Of a DNA stretch of 64,000 nt, positions 1 to 13,800 are shown one piece after another. The position numbers and the translations under genes were made by a program. Each line of letters opens with the position of its first letter. The stretch's first letter is position 1. Below the pieces are notes generated by a model. That model was not told the origin of the DNA, did not search any database, and saw nothing but the letters and a program-made list of their open reading frames with translations. Source of the DNA: Octopus sinensis (taxonomy: Eukaryota); contig NC_043007.1 of the NCBI RefSeq assembly GCF_006345805.1, positions 40,238,001 to 40,302,000 on the forward strand, read 5' to 3'.

Positions 1-223
1 AACACCAAAAATTATTTACATCAAAAAGGTGCTTTTTTGCTATGAAAATCCCTATTTTTTATGATTTTTTTACTGCTGTGTCGCCATTTTTCGATGTATT
101 TCAACCAGAAAAATGTTCACTTAAAGAGAATAACAAGCTACATAATGCAAAATTTTTACTTTTCAAAAATTCCAATTCTAAAGGGTCAAAACAAACCTGA
201 GCAATACCGGGCGATACTGCTAG
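1..223 (+). mobile_element. 3' end of a non-autonomous Helitron-like element
   Basis: Ends with an imperfect GC hairpin cctgagcaataccggg followed by CTAG|T at 220-224. Confidence 0.55.
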
Positions 224-819
224 TACATTATAGAGCTGCTTCAATTGTTTAACCTGAATTTATTCTAGTTAAGCAGCACCATAGCAAATAATATATGCAC
301 TATTTCTATATACTTAAGACTAGAGACTTTGATTTCGTTTTGGAAGCGAGTTGAGGGCATGGTTTTGATAAGTTGCAAGTACAGGGATATACAGCATCTG
401 AAACTTTCAATCACCCTCAATTTGATTTTGTTCTACCCAACTCAGAAGCACATTGTGTTTTTTTTAACACGTCTTTAAAGGGATATTTCCCAGACGAAAA
501 ACACTGTAACTTCTGGTGTCATGTTAAGTATGTGGTATTGGTTATGTTTACACTATAGAGCTGCTACAATTCCATAATCTAAAGATATATATTCTTTTAC
601 TCTTTTACTTGTTTCAGACATTTGACTGTGGTCATGCTGGAGCACTGCCTTGAGCTGAAGCACACACACACACAATATCAATATATGTGTGTGTGTGTGG
701 ATATATAATTACCATAACTAGTTATATATGGATATTAATATTGTATGGTATATTTGAAATTGCTCAATTCCTCTTCCACTTTTCACTTAGACATTGCTGT
801 AACTCAGAGAATATTAACA

Positions 820-2330
820 ATACAAAGGTGAGGACATTGGGGATAGCTACTGAAACATTGAGAATGTCCAGTAAAATAGGGCATAGCTGCAAAATCAATA
901 ATCATGCAGTTAAGGAAGGGGTCATCCCTAAGAACTAGCACAGCAGTACCATCATTACCTGCAACAAGGGTAAAAGAGATGTGCTAGAGAGAGAGAGAGA
1001 GAGAGAGAGAGACAAAGAGGCAACTACAAAAGCATCAAATTGACGGACCAAGTTATAGTAGGGACAAAGAGAGATAAAACAGAGCTAATTAGGAAAAGAA
1101 TTAGCTTAGATGAGATGCATTTCAGGTTGGTACAACTACAGAAGGTGGAGGCGTGCGTCTTAGTGGTTAGGGTATTGAACTCATGATCATAAGGTTGTGG
1201 TTTCGATTCCTGGACCGGGCGATGCGCTGTGTTCTTGAGCAAAACACTACATTTCACGCTGCTCCAGTCCACTCAGCTGATGAAAATGAGTAATCCTGCG
1301 ACGGACCGGCGTCCCGTCCAGGTGGGGAATTTCTATGCCACTGAAACCTGGAAACCGGCCCTTATGAGTCTGGCATGGCTCGAGAAGGAACATTTGTGGA
1401 GGTGCAATGGCCCAGTGGTTAGGGCAGCGGACTCGTGGTTGGAGGATAGCGGTTTCGATTCCGAGACCGGGCATTGTGTGTGTTTATTGAGCGAAAACAC
1501 CTAAAAGCTCCACAAGGCTCCAGCAGGGGGTGGTGGCAACCCCTGTTGTACTCTTTCACCACAACTTTCTCTAACTCTCTCTTCCTATTTCTTGAGTAAC
1601 GTTGCAATGGACTGGCGTCCCGTCCAGCTGGGGGAATACATACACCACAGAAACTGGGAAACCAGGCCCATGAGTCTGGATAGGCTTGAAAAGGACTACA
1701 AAGAAACAAAGAACTACAGAAGAGGTTTTTGGCAAAGCAAAAACAAGCCACTACGTCTATCACTCACTGGCCTGGGGAAAGCTTTAGACAGAGTCCCGTG
1801 TTCTGTACTCTGCTGGTCAGTAAACAAACTAGGTGAAGGCAAAAGGCTAGTGAGAGCCAAGCAATCCATGTACAAAGATAGTATTAGCAATATGAGAGTT
1901 AGTAAATTGTTTAGTGAGGAATTTAGTGTGTATGTAGTTAACCATCAAGGTTTCATTCTAGACCCCAGTCTTCTGTTTATTATATCGTCCAGGTCAAAAC
2001 AAAAGAGATTAAGACTGGTTGTCTGTGAGAACTTTTGTATGCTGACGACCTTGTTCTAACAGTTGATTCTGTTGAATATTGAGATAAGAAATTGCAAACA
2101 TGGAAGCAAAGCTTACAAAGGAGCGGTCTTCAAGTAAAAATAACAAAGGCAATAGTTTTAGTTAGCAGGAAAGAAAAAAGGACAGAAAGAACTCTATTGC
2201 TTCCTGGGAAGAGGCCATGTTTGATGTGCAGAGAATGAGTAGGTATAAATTCTATAAGGTGTATCCATTGTACTGTGGGGGAGACTGATAAGTCAAAGAA
2301 TAGACCCAACATTTCCTCTGCAAGTTGTAA
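820..2330 (+). mobile_element. Degraded RTE-clade LINE reverse transcriptase fragment, interrupted by a SINE dimer
   Basis: Decayed RT motifs EGVIPK, NYKSIKL, DEMHF, LGKALDRVP, HQGFILDPSLLFII with stops and frameshifts. Confidence 0.75.
1145..1711 (+). mobile_element. Two tandem tRNA-derived SINE monomers with V-domain-like 3' parts, under one 11-bp TSD
   Basis: A/B boxes (tagtggttagg, gtttcgattcc) at ~1160 and ~1415; ggactggcgtcccgtccag-type motif in both; AACTACAGAAG at 1134-1144 and 1712-1722. Confidence 0.8.
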
Positions 2331-2925
2331 AAGGCAATTAAAAGAAGCTGGGGTAGAATTTTCACTCTAAGCTGCAGTCGGCTCGGGGCTATAGTGGAAG
2401 ACACCTACCCAAAGTGCCACGCAGTGGGACTGAACCCGAAACCATGTAGCTAGGAAGCAAGCTCCCTAACCACACAGCCATGCCCGCTGAATGCAAAGGA
2501 TGTGTGAGAGCTAGAAAGAAATCAGATGATCATGCTCAGTTTTATTTGATTCCAGCCTCCGTTTATCGCATGGATGATGGATTGCAAATGAGCCGAGAGG
2601 AAAGCTAGGTACAAATGGAATCTGATACATGGGACAAAGGAGAAGACAGAGCTGGTGCAGACATGTGAAGCATATAAAGAATGAGAGTTGAGTAAAGAAA
2701 TGTCAGGAAATTCAAGTGGAGGAAAGCCTGTGAGAGACAGAAGTCAAGGTAAACATGGAGGGAGAGATGAAAGATCATCACAAGAAAGGGAAATCATGAA
2801 GGAAATGACAAAGAACTGTAAAGAACAGTAGAACTCAGTTCTGTAAAAGAAGTATCCAGCCCATGCAAGGTTGGAAAATGGACATAAAATGTTAAAGATA
2901 TTATGTTAGTAGCATAATATTATTC

Positions 2926-2964
<39 letters not shown>

Positions 2965-3216
2965 GATAGATAGATAGATAGATAGCCACACACACATACA
3001 CTCTCAAAATTGGCCAATGTTTGTCATTAGAAAAGCCAAACATTGTCTGTTTCTAGTATTTAGCAAAAGGAACTAAACATACAATACAATACAAGACAAA
3101 GCAGACAGTTAGAAATTTTACAACAAAGGTAAGAAATATTATGGAAACTAACCCCCACCCCACAAAAAGAACCGCCAAAAAAACCAAAGAAACAACAGAA
3201 ACAAATTCTGAATTAC

Positions 3217-3316
3217 CTTCAGCCTTCAACTGTTCTATATGATTCATCTTTAAGTCTATCTGTTCACTAAGGCGCTCAGCTGCCTGCAAACCGTCTTCAG
3301 CCTCAGACAGCTTCTC
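3217..3316 (-). CDS. TRIP11: TRIP11 exon EKLSEAEDGLQAAERLSEQIDLKMNHIEQLKAE (last found; GRAB exons expected beyond the left edge)
   Basis: tag acceptor, gtaatt donor; matches human '[22 protein letters not shown]' (recalled). Confidence 0.9.
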
Positions 3317-4850
3317 CTATGAATGATATTTCACATGAAATTTTGAAAGAAAAAAGAAAGATAAATGATTTATATTTTATATTTGAACTTATTTACTAGT
3401 TTCTCTCATAGGACTATGATCACTGGCTTGAATGTGTGTGTGTGTGTGTGTGGGGGGGTCTTTTGGGTTTTTTTTTGTTTTCTTTTATAGGTCATGAAAT
3501 TGTAGTAGTGGTGTCATGCAAATGGCACCCATGCCAGTAACACATAAAAGCAGCCATTATACTCTTGGAGTGGTTGGTGTTAGGAAGGGTATCCAGCCAT
3601 AGAAACCATGCCAAATCAGACTGGGGTCTGCAGTTCTTCAGCTTACCAGCCCTGTACTGATTATCTTCATTTCAGATCGTTTTACCAGGGAATGGAACTT
3701 CGAAGATATACTGTCAACTTTATTGGTATTATTTAATAGATAATCTTTTAAAGTGAAGTATGCTTATCTGTGTTTTGTTTAGCCCAGAGTTGCCTCTGAT
3801 GTAGTAGACCCATCACATAGTTTTATTTTTCCTTCTTGAAATACAGTACATCTGTGTCTTTCTTTCAACAAAAGGGTGTGTTTTAAGAGAGATTTGACTG
3901 CTATTTGTAGTAGCTCAAGTTACCACAGACATGCCTCTGTGTGTGTGTGTTTTGTTGTAGTGAAAAAAAATCACTTTTTCTCAGAATATTTTGCCCAATA
4001 ATTAAAAAAAAAATCTAGACCTCTTTCTTACTGCTAACCATTCAACTTCAAATTATGATTGTTAATTATTGGAAGTTAAGTAGAGTGAGATATACATATA
4101 ATGTTATAGTACAGAGTGGAAGTTCAATACGAAGTTTGGAACTCATTATCTTGTAGTAAGTAATCCATTACCTTAACTTTGAAGCCATTAAGTCTTTAAA
4201 CATTATTTTACTAGGTTTAGTCTTTCGACTGTCGCCCTGATGGGGTATTACCTTCAAAAATTTAATTGATCATACTGACCTCAGTACATGCTTCAATCTG
4301 GCATTTATTTTATAGATTTCTACTTGATGAACTGCTAACTTTGAGACATAATGGGACACAACACTCGATTTAACAACAAATGTAAACACACACACACATA
4401 CACATTCAGTTCAAGAATGACTGCGTGGTTGGGAAGTTTGCTTCCTAACCACATGGTTCCACATTCAGTCCCTCTGCATGGTACCTTGGGCAAGTGTTTT
4501 CTACTATAGCCCTAGGCCAACCACAGACTTGTGACTGAATTTGGTAGATGGAAACTGCAGCGTTGTTAATCAGAAAATGATTGAAAAGCATGTTTATATA
4601 GAAGAGTTGTTTGCTTCATACTCCTAGTATGCTGATTCTGCCCATAAGGCAGGAATAGGGAGAACAGTACTTCCATCTAGCGCAAAACAACATCTGTGGA
4701 TTGGTTTATCGGTTATTGCCCATTATCAACACAGTGTGGCTGCTTGGCTAGGTGGTGTTGCTGAATTCACCGTTCAAATATATAGTTTTCAAAGTGACAC
4801 ACAGTCACTGATCTAATAAAATAGAAATATTATTTCTAAGTCTCTCAAAG

Positions 4851-4885
<35 letters not shown>

Positions 4886-5176
4886 TACATACAGATATAT
4901 ACACAATCATACAAATATATATATTGTTTACTGGTATAAACTGGTATTTTGAGATGCATCCCTTCATGTTAAGAGCTAATTTAGACAAAATAAAAAGCAA
5001 TACAATAAGTACCAGCCTGAAATAAATACTGAGGCTGATAAAATATACTTGAGAGATGTATGTCATGATGCCTGCAATCCAATGAATGAAATTAGTAAAG
5101 TCACACATAAATACAAACAACAACAGCAAAAAGATTAAAAACTATGGTAAAACCACTGTATTTATCTGTCCTTTAC

Positions 5177-5280
5177 CTGAGTGTCTTGGAGACTGGACTG
5201 AAGATTTTCAATTAATGCCCTTAAGTGATTCTGCTCTGCTTCATTCTTCTGCTTCTCAGCTGTCATCTGACTCTCTCGCT
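5177..5280 (-). CDS. TRIP11: TRIP11 exon (E)RESQMTAEKQKNEAEQNHLRALIENLQSSLQDTQ
   Basis: tttgtag acceptor, gtaaag donor, 104 nt, phase 1-0. Confidence 0.88.
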
Positions 5281-5359
5281 CTACAAAGAAAACAAAAAAG
5301 AAAGAAATCAGAATTCTATAATTACAATAATAGTTATTACTTTTATAATTACTAGGTAG

Positions 5360-6030
5360 TATGAAAGAGTTCCCAAACTAGTTCTGTAGCACACCAACAG
5401 GTGGCAGCATATGGTTGTATGTGCAGTGAGAGCTAGCAGTGACCTTCACGAGGCAGTGTACCTAGTGACATCACTGTGTTTACAACACAAGTGGTGAAAT
5501 TTATGATCACGTGTGTGCTGTACTCTGTGATTTTTGTCATGGACAGTAAGTGGGAACAAAGAGTCAACACGAAATTTTGTGTTAAACTCGGAAGGTTTAT
5601 TACAGAGACATTGAGCATGCTTCAGCAAGCTTATGACGATGAGGTAATGGGTTGTATGTATGCAATGTTTCCAGTGCCACAGGTGCTTCACAAGCAGAAG
5701 AACGTCCCTGGAAGACAATGAATGATCTTGAAGACCTGCTATGAACGACTTCCCCAGAAATGTGGAGAAAATTCCTCAGCTTATGCACGAAAATCGTCGA
5801 AGGGCAATCAATGACGTTTTGATTTGTTTGAAGGAGGTCGTTCAAAAGCAACCAGATCTGTGGAGCACGAACTGAATTTTTTACGACAACAATGCACCCT
5901 GTCACTGAGCCCTCCTCACGTGTGAGTTTCTTGCCGAAAACAAAATGGTATCGCTTTTGCACCCACCCTATTTGTTAGATTTAGCACCTGCCGACTTCCA
6001 TCTCTTCCCCAAGATGAAAATGCAATCATC
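5360..6030 (+). mobile_element. Mariner transposon fossil (internally deleted)
   Basis: EQRVNTKFCVKLG...ETLSMLQQAY helix-turn-helix start; HPPYLLDLAPADFHLFPKMK corresponds to the YSPDLAPxD motif. Confidence 0.8.
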
Positions 6031-6094
6031 AAGGAAAAACAGAGATATGATGATGATGAATTCCAGTTTTGCCCCACCATTTAAATTTACTTAC

Positions 6095-6258
6095 CTGCCT
6101 GGAACTGTTCTAGCACCATCTGTAGGTTCATGAGCGAGGTAGCATACTGTTTACACTGTTCTTGGTAAGTGCTTAACTGGAGATAGGCATTGTCACGTTG
6201 GGAGGCCAGTGCATGCAGCTGTTGATTCATGTTTTCAATCTGAGCAGAACTATGTTGT
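6095..6258 (-). CDS. TRIP11: TRIP11 exon QHSSAQIENMNQQLHALASQRDNAYLQLSTYQEQCKQYATSLMNLQMVLEQFQA
   Basis: cag/gtaagt, phase 2-1; matches human 'KQYALSLANLQMVLEHFQ' (recalled). Confidence 0.93.
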
Positions 6259-6333
6259 CTGTAATAGAAATACAAGTGGCTCTCAACATGGAATGAATTT
6301 GCCAGTTGCTAAGAAATATCTTTCTTTACTGAT

Positions 6334-6774
6334 TTAACCATTTAGCATTCACATTATTCTGTCAAAAGTGATGTTTATTTATTCACATTGCTTTGAAATA
6401 ATCATGCATTATCTTGCAGCTCTGAGATTTTGATGAGTTAACAGTTAATTTTTTAGAATGATATTGTAGTGTGGCTTAGTGGTTAGGTTTTTGGACTCAT
6501 GATCATAAGATTGTGGTTTCAATTCCTGGACTGGGCGATATGTTATGTACTTGAGCAAAACACTTCATTTCATATTGTTCCAGTCCACTCAACTGGCAAA
6601 AATGAGTAATCCCACAATGGACGGCGTCCTGTCCAGGAGGCAGGGATTCATATGCCATGGAAACCAGGAAACCAGCCCTTATGAGTTGGCATGACTCAAG
6701 CAGGTAACTTTAAAGTTTGAACATAAAACAGAATATTTTAGCTGGATATGGCTGGTTTAAATGCTAAACAGTCA
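6334..6774. mobile_element. piggyBac-like MITE with a nested V-type tRNA SINE (~6470-6710, +)
   Basis: ttaaccatttagcatt ... aatgctaaacagtcaa terminal inverted repeats; inner SINE homologous to 1145-1395. Confidence 0.6.
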
Positions 6775-7029
6775 ATAGTGTTATTTAAAAGTAAAAATAA
6801 TTATCTATTTCATATGCATTCTTTTACATATCAATTAAGATAGATTGCATTGGGGAATTGGGGGTAAGGAAATTAAAACAGACTGTATTTGGAAAATGGT
6901 GTATTGGGAAATTGGTGGCGTGGTGAGAACAATACCATCACCAACAGCAACACTCACGGCAACAGTAACACCACAAACAACACCAACAAGTTTAGGATTA
7001 TGTATAATTTCCAAAACACTACACCAAGT

Positions 7030-7320
7030 GTGGCCAGCGCCGCCTCGACTGGCTTCCGTGCCGGTGGCACATAAAATACACCAGTCCGACTGTGGCCGTT
7101 GCCAGCCTCGCCTGGCACCTGTGCAGGTGGCACATAAAAAGCACCCACTACACTCACGGAGTGGTTGGCGTTAGGAAGGGCATCCAGCTGTAGAAACATT
7201 GCCAGATAAGACTGGAGCCTGGTGCAGCCTTCTGGCTTCCCAGATCCCCGGTCGAACCGTCCAACCCATGCTAGCATGGAGAACAGACATTAAACGATGA
7301 TGATGATGATGATGATGATT
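7030..7320 (+). mobile_element. RTE LINE 3' UTR fragment with (GAT)n tail
   Basis: ggcgttaggaagggcatccagctgtagaaac...ccaacccatgctagcatgg...(gat)n; the same UTR follows the RTE ORF end at 43430-43980; many other copies (e.g. 18150, 29610, 30500, 32420, 33800, 46815, 52330, 57050). Confidence 0.75.
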
Positions 7321-7437
7321 TGTCCAAGTTTCCAGTGGTTATCTTTTAGTTATGGAAAGCTGGAAATTTCACTTTAAGCTTTCAATTGCTAAACCATATA
7401 TGTTCAGCTTTTCCCAGCTTTGACGTTTTCTCTCTCA

Positions 7438-7670
7438 TTGACCCTTTTGTTATCACATTTCTGTTGAAATACACTTCCTTTGCTTTAATCGATTTTGAAA
7501 ATAATGAAGAATTTAGTAAAATAACCTTTGTCATTGTTAGGCTGGGTGTTTGGGACATAGATTAATAAGAAACTTTGATGGAAGGTTTTAAATTTAGATC
7601 ACTTTAAACAGGAAATTTTTATCATAAAACTATGAGCAGTCTCGGGTAGGTTGGTATCAAAAAGGTTAGA
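7438..7670. mobile_element. piggyBac-like MITE
   Basis: ttgacccttttgttatc ... ggtatcaaaaaggttag degenerate terminal inverted repeats with TTAA-like ends. Confidence 0.5.
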
Positions 7671-7732
7671 CATTAATAAAGATAGAATTATGAAAAAAAA
7701 AAAGACACTAAAACATGCTCGAAAAGAATTAC

Positions 7733-7854
7733 CCAGCTGATTCCACAGCAGCAGCCGTGATGTAAGCCTTCTCTTCAGTAGCAGCCAGTTTGTTTCGCAA
7801 GTTTTTCTCTCGCTCTTCAGAGTCCAAAGCCTCCTTTGTGTAAGCTTCTTCAAT
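7733..7854 (-). CDS. TRIP11: TRIP11 exon IEEAYTKEALDSEEREKNLRNKLAATEEKAYITAAAVESA
   Basis: aag acceptor, gtaatt donor, phase 0-2; matches human '[21 protein letters not shown]' (recalled). Confidence 0.92.
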
Positions 7855-9259
7855 CTTAAGAGAGAGACAGAGAAGGAAAATTAGTTTAAAAACAAAAACA
7901 ATAGCAAAAAGATAGGAAAAAAAAAGCAGAAAATATTTTACAATTGGTAAAGTAGCATTGGAATACATTAGAAAGTATCAAAGACAATTTTGTTTTGTTC
8001 TGTTTGGTTTCAATTTTCAAAACTGAATCAGAATTCCACTTATTTTATCCTTTTTCTTTTTGTAGGTGTGGATTGTGGAGAAGAGCAAATAAGATACACA
8101 GTGGTTTTGAAGCAAAGGTACTTGCTTAGTAAACAACTGGATCATGAATATGAACCTTGCTATTACTACTATTTCCTTTAATATTATCCTCTCTCTTCCT
8201 CCCCTGCTATTGCTACTGCTACAACAGCTGTTGCAGTCTCTGTGTTGAGTTCTGGGGCGAAACAGAAACTCCGTTTGAAATCAGTCTATTAGACTGGCTC
8301 ATGGGCCCTCTTTTATTTCACAATGACAACAAGATGGCTTCCTATTTCATTATCATTTTATCCTCAACAAAATAAATACAGAATAAATATATTTCAAATT
8401 AGAAAACGTCCTTTTCTTCCATTTCCTCTTGAAATCATATAACTATAACAGCCTCTGTCTGCTTGGCCCACAAACAGGTTCTCTCTTAATTCATGAACAA
8501 ATGGCTATAAGTAAAACAGCAGTGTGGGGAAAACACTACAGATTTTACATTGCACTTGATGCCATCTTTTTTTATTGTGGCCCTAAAAATCTGTATTAAA
8601 TGCTCACCCCAACCTTTCTTCTCCAGGACGGGATAACAAACTTGCAGAACTATCTGACTTTGGTGATGCTTTTTTCCTAAAGATATCTATTAGGGGACAT
8701 TCAGACAGGTTACAGAAAACAGCAGAACTAAGCCTTAAACATTTTTATGCGTTTTCCAAAGTGTATTTAATTCCTTCTGATGTAAGAAAGGAAACACTTG
8801 AAATACTTCTCAAACCATGAATGATAATAACTAGCAGGACCCATGTGAATATTTCATGAAATTAATGGTAAACTTATTGGGTTATTTCTGAAAACTTTGT
8901 CTGGAAACTTTATCTGCTAGTTATTGAAAAGTGAAATAAATTGGAATATAATTACTTAATGCACTTTATATACACACTTTATGTACAATTCTATAGACTT
9001 AATACACAGCCCTCTCCCTCTTCACCTTACCCTCTTTTTCACTCTCCTTTTTCTTTTGATCTTTGCCTTTCCTTTCAACTAATCACATGAAAGCGTAACA
9101 GATGGAGTAAATAATGGAGGGAAAAAACTTATTAAAAAATAATACACACTCCACTCACTGCCACCTCTCCCTCCCTCTCCTCTTCTTACCCTCTCCTCCC
9201 CTCCCTCGAAAGAAGCCCATTGTACACACACACACACTCACACATACACACTCATATCA

Positions 9260-9478
9260 ATATGTCTGTGTCTGACCCTCACCACCACTTAACATCTGGT
9301 GTTGGTGTGTTAACATCCCCATAACTTAGCAGTTCGGCAAATGGAAACCGATAGAATAAGTACCAGGCTTGTAATAATATAAAAGTACTGGCATCAATTC
9401 ATTGGACTAAAATTCTTCAAGGCAGTGCCCCAGCATGGCCACAGTCTAATGACTGAAAATAGTAAAATAGTAAAAGAA
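9260..9478 (+). mobile_element. 3' part of the CORE-like tRNA SINE family
   Basis: ggtgtgttaacatccccataacttagc...ccagcatggccacagtc..gactgaaa..taaaag; shared with the 48380 and 61255 copies. Confidence 0.7.
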
Positions 9479-9676
9479 TGTAGTCCTAAATATACAAACG
9501 AAACAATTAATATATAAGCAAAAAAAATGTGAGAAGGTGACAGCTGGAATGTCACTGATCATAGCTCTAGTCAACTGGGGATGACCCAGGGCTAAACAAA
9601 AGAACACACATGCATGCAAAAATAAAAATGCAGACACACAAAGAACTAGATGTGAAGAGTACAATGCACAATGTAC

Positions 9677-9748
9677 CTGCAGCAAATGCATCTTGAGTCT
9701 TTCAAGTTCCCTGTTTTGTTTGTCATTTCTGTCTCTGAACTTCTGCAT
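9677..9748 (-). CDS. TRIP11: TRIP11 exon MQKFRDRNDKQNRELERLKMHLLQ
   Basis: tttcag/gtacat, 72 nt; matches human 'NQELERLRNHLL' (recalled). Confidence 0.92.
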
Positions 9749-10865
9749 CTGAAACAGAAAAAAGTGGAACAAGGGTCACAACTATCTCTAGCTATGCGTA
9801 TGTGCATGTGTGAGTGAGCATGTATGTGTGTGTGTGTGTGGATGTATGTGTATGTGAGCCTGAGCATGTAAGCATATGAATGCATATGTGCATGCTTGTG
9901 TATGTATGAGTATGCATGTGCATGATAGGTGCATGAATAGCTGAGCAATTAAAAAGTTTACTTTAGAATCATGTGGCTAGGAATTTGGTTCCACTGCATG
10001 GACACCATTGGCTGGTGTTTTCTGCTATAGCTGAGCATTGAATCATTGTTGTGAGTGAAATTTTGGAAACAGATAATGCAAGTATGTACGCGTGATGGTG
10101 TGTGTTTGAGTATCTCCACCCTGGTCTTGAATTGACAAGTCACTTTCATAGATCACCATCATCGTCATCAGTTAATGTCCGTGTTCCATGCTAGCATGGG
10201 TGGGACGGTACCACAAGTCTAATTTGTTTACAAGCTTTCACAAAATTAAGTCTAGCTATTGAGCTGTTCATTGTTCAAAAGACTGCAAAGCAAATTATAG
10301 CTCTATGTGGAAACAGATGAGGACTGGCAAAGGAAAGAGCATCTGGGCATAGAAAGTCTGCTTCAGCAAGTTCTATATGATCTGCACAAGGCTGAAAAAG
10401 TGGTCATTAAAATGATAATGATAAAAACTCGAGAATCAGCACCAGTGACATGCAAGACAAGGCCTTTGACAGAATGGAGATGCAATATTGAGAAATAAGG
10501 CTTTGTACTAGATGTTAATAGAAGGGCAGGAACTGGTGTCTTGCTGTAGAGGAGATACATGGTTACCCACAAGAGGAGAAGAAAATGAAAAGAAGCTAGA
10601 GTTGAGGTGTCAGGGCATAACCTCAAGGCACAAGAAGGCAGATAAAAAGAGAATAGGGAGAAAGAATTAAGGATGGCGGGGTAGGTAGGTTTACAATAGT
10701 GGCAGCTGTTTATAGATGAGGACAGAGGTGAATGCAGAGAATGGAGAACATGAGTGGAGCCTTGGTCAAAGGTGAATCACAGTTTGGGGGTAATAAAGGA
10801 AAATAGGAATGGGTCAAAGAGGAGACGGTGACAGGCGGAAATAGAGATAAGTAGGGAGCTATTAC

Positions 10866-13800
10866 CTCTTTAGTCATCTCTTCCTTCTCTGTTTGAAGAT
10901 TCCTCATGGAAAGAATTACTTGGTCCCTCTCTTGTTGGAATTGAACAGCTTGCTGTCGAATCGATTCGGACTCCCTTAGCAACAAATCCAACTCACTTCT
11001 CTCTCCTTGCTGTTTCTGTAACATTGCTGTCACAGTGTTGGCTTTCTCAGTGACGTTCCGCAGCTCAAATTCTTTCTGTTGAATGGTCAAGCTCAGTTTG
11101 TGATTTATTTCTTTCAATGCTGAAATCTCTATGTTGTGCTCCTCGTTGAGGCGTTGAGATGAAGCTATCTCTGTTTTCAGCTCGTTCAGCTTTGTCTGAA
11201 GCTCACTGAACTGGAATGTTAAACTATCATACTGCTTCTTCAGGTTGTTTCGCTCAAGTTCTATTTCTCTCAGGGTGCGTTCAGTATCATTGTTGCTATG
11301 CAACTGTCCCTGAACTTTCTGCTCTTGTTCTGTCAGTGCAGCTTGAACCTTTGACAATCGTTCCTGTAGGAAGCTGATCTCTTCAACTTTGTTGTTGTAT
11401 GTGATCACATCAACTGTCTCACTAACATTACTTCTTTGCAGCAGTTCCTCATATTTTGCTTCTAGTTCAGAATACTTCTGTTTGTAATTCACAAGTTCAT
11501 TCTGGGTTTTGATAAGTGTTTGGTTCCGGTCTTCATACAATGGCATTAATCGGTCATGTTCACACTTCAGTTGGTCATATTTTTCAGCTTCATTCTGGAT
11601 ATATGCATTCAAGCGTTGGATTTCATTGTGATAAGCCACACTTTCCTGGTGCTTTTGGTTCAAGTAGCTTACGATCTGATCCCGTTCAGCTTGAAGAACA
11701 CCCAACTGCTTCTTTAAGTTCTCTTTATCTTGTATGAGTGAGTTGATCTGTGGACCACTCTGTGAACTGTCTTGGAATATTGTCAGCAGAGTCTTGTTCT
11801 TTTGCTTCAAGGCATCAATTTCAACATCCTTGTCCCGAATGATGTTTGAAAGTTTCTGCAGGGCTTCCTTCTGCATTCCTCCAGCCTCACTAGCATCATT
11901 TGAAACAACTTTGTTCTGAGACTGTAGTAACTGCTGGTTCTCAAGCTGTAGATGATCAATTGCATTCCTTTCCTCTGACACAATAGCCATCAGACGGTGT
12001 ACTTCAGCTTTCAAAGAACTGCACTCTCTCGTCTTTTCGTCCATCACAGAAATCATTTGTTCCTTCTCCAATTTCAAATCCTTCACATCATTTGATAACT
12101 GATGAAGTTCAAGAAGACTTTTATCACCATAGACCGATACGGATTTTGACTCAATCATTTTCAACAGCATGGCATTGTTGTTTTGCAACTCTTGAATGAT
12201 ATTATCTTTTTCTGAAACAATCCGTTGTAGCTTCTCCAGTTCTTCGACCTGTGCATTTCCATTTGCGACTGCTGTGCAACTCTGCTTCTGAACAGATATC
12301 TCCTCACTTACGATCTTCTTCTCAGAAAAACACTTCAGAGATTCTGGATCTCGGATTTCATCAGCTTTTTCAACTACTTCATCTGCATCCCCTTCACTGC
12401 CCCCTGTAGAATATCTATCTTCAAATTCTCCAGCCTTCAGTTGCTTCAGGTACTCAATGACATCTTTATTTAATCCTTGTAGTTTTTCCGAGTCTATGAT
12501 ACTTGATATATCTTGGAGAATATTCTTGAAATACCTGAGTTCTTGCTCATCTTTCTCGACTTTAGCTTGAAGTGATAAAATGTCACTTGTTTCACTGTTT
12601 AAGGAATTCTTATCAACCACACCTTTCATTAGTTCCTTTTCAGGAGCAACTCCTGATGATGTCTGGAGTTTACACACCATTTTTTCTAAAGATTTAATCT
12701 TATTCTTTGAAGAAAGCAACTCGGATTCTAAATCTGTGATCAAATCTAAAGTCTTTGGATCACAGTGGCTATTAGCTGAGTCTTTAGAATCGTTGGAGAG
12801 TATAACAGACATTTCATTAGTTAGCTCCAGGTTCTTACTGTTTAGCTTTTCTACCTGGTCTTCTAATTCCTGATTTCTGTTAGATATATCCTCAAATTCT
12901 TGAATTCTTTCCATGCTGCTGACTAGATCTTTTCTTAGCTCTACCACTTGAGTTCTTAAAGCTTCTATTTCCTCACACTTCTCTATCATAATCTTGGAAT
13001 GCTCTTCATTTTGGTTAGATATGTGTAGCTCCTCCTGTCTGTCTTTTAACCTAGCTTTCAGATATGCTAGGCACATTTTAACTTGTTTAGCTTTAGTGTG
13101 TTCTGCAGGTTTTCCGGAAGGTTCCGCACCATTTCTTTCCAAAACATTTACAAGATAGTCTTCCAATAGTTCTCCAGTAGAGCTGATAGACTCAAGTAAC
13201 AGACTGGCATCAGGCTTCTCTGAATCTTGTAGAACATGTCCAAGACCCTGGCTAAGACTATCAGTTCCTTGTTGAAGATGGTTAATTTCAAATCCCTCCT
13301 TGGAGTTTTTGTCTTCTGTGGCTTTTAGCTGGAACTGATTTTCTTTTCTCAGAGCTGAACACTTCATCACAAGCGAAGTATTATCTTTCTTGACTTCGTC
13401 AATCTCTTTAGTTAATTTAGTAAATCTATCTTCATTATCTACAAGTTTCATCTCATTCATGCGATTCAATTCTGCATACTCTTTTACGTTTTCCTTTAGA
13501 TTTTGAATTTCTTTATCTAAGCATTTATTTCTGAACTCCATTTCAGATGTGTCCACAGTTTCCTGTGGTTGTGATAGTTTCTCCCGAAGCTCAGAGTTCT
13601 TAAGTTCAAGCTCTTTGTTTTGTGCTGCTAATTCTCTAATTTCATTGTTCAAGCCTTCTTCTTTCTCTGCCATTTTCTGGCAAAGTTCCTTTTTATCCAG
13701 GTGTAGTTCATTTACCACATAGGCAGCTTTCTCTAGCTTGGCTTTCAGATCTTCTATTTGATTTGAAAGTCTGTCTTTCTCAGAAGACAATTCATTCAGC

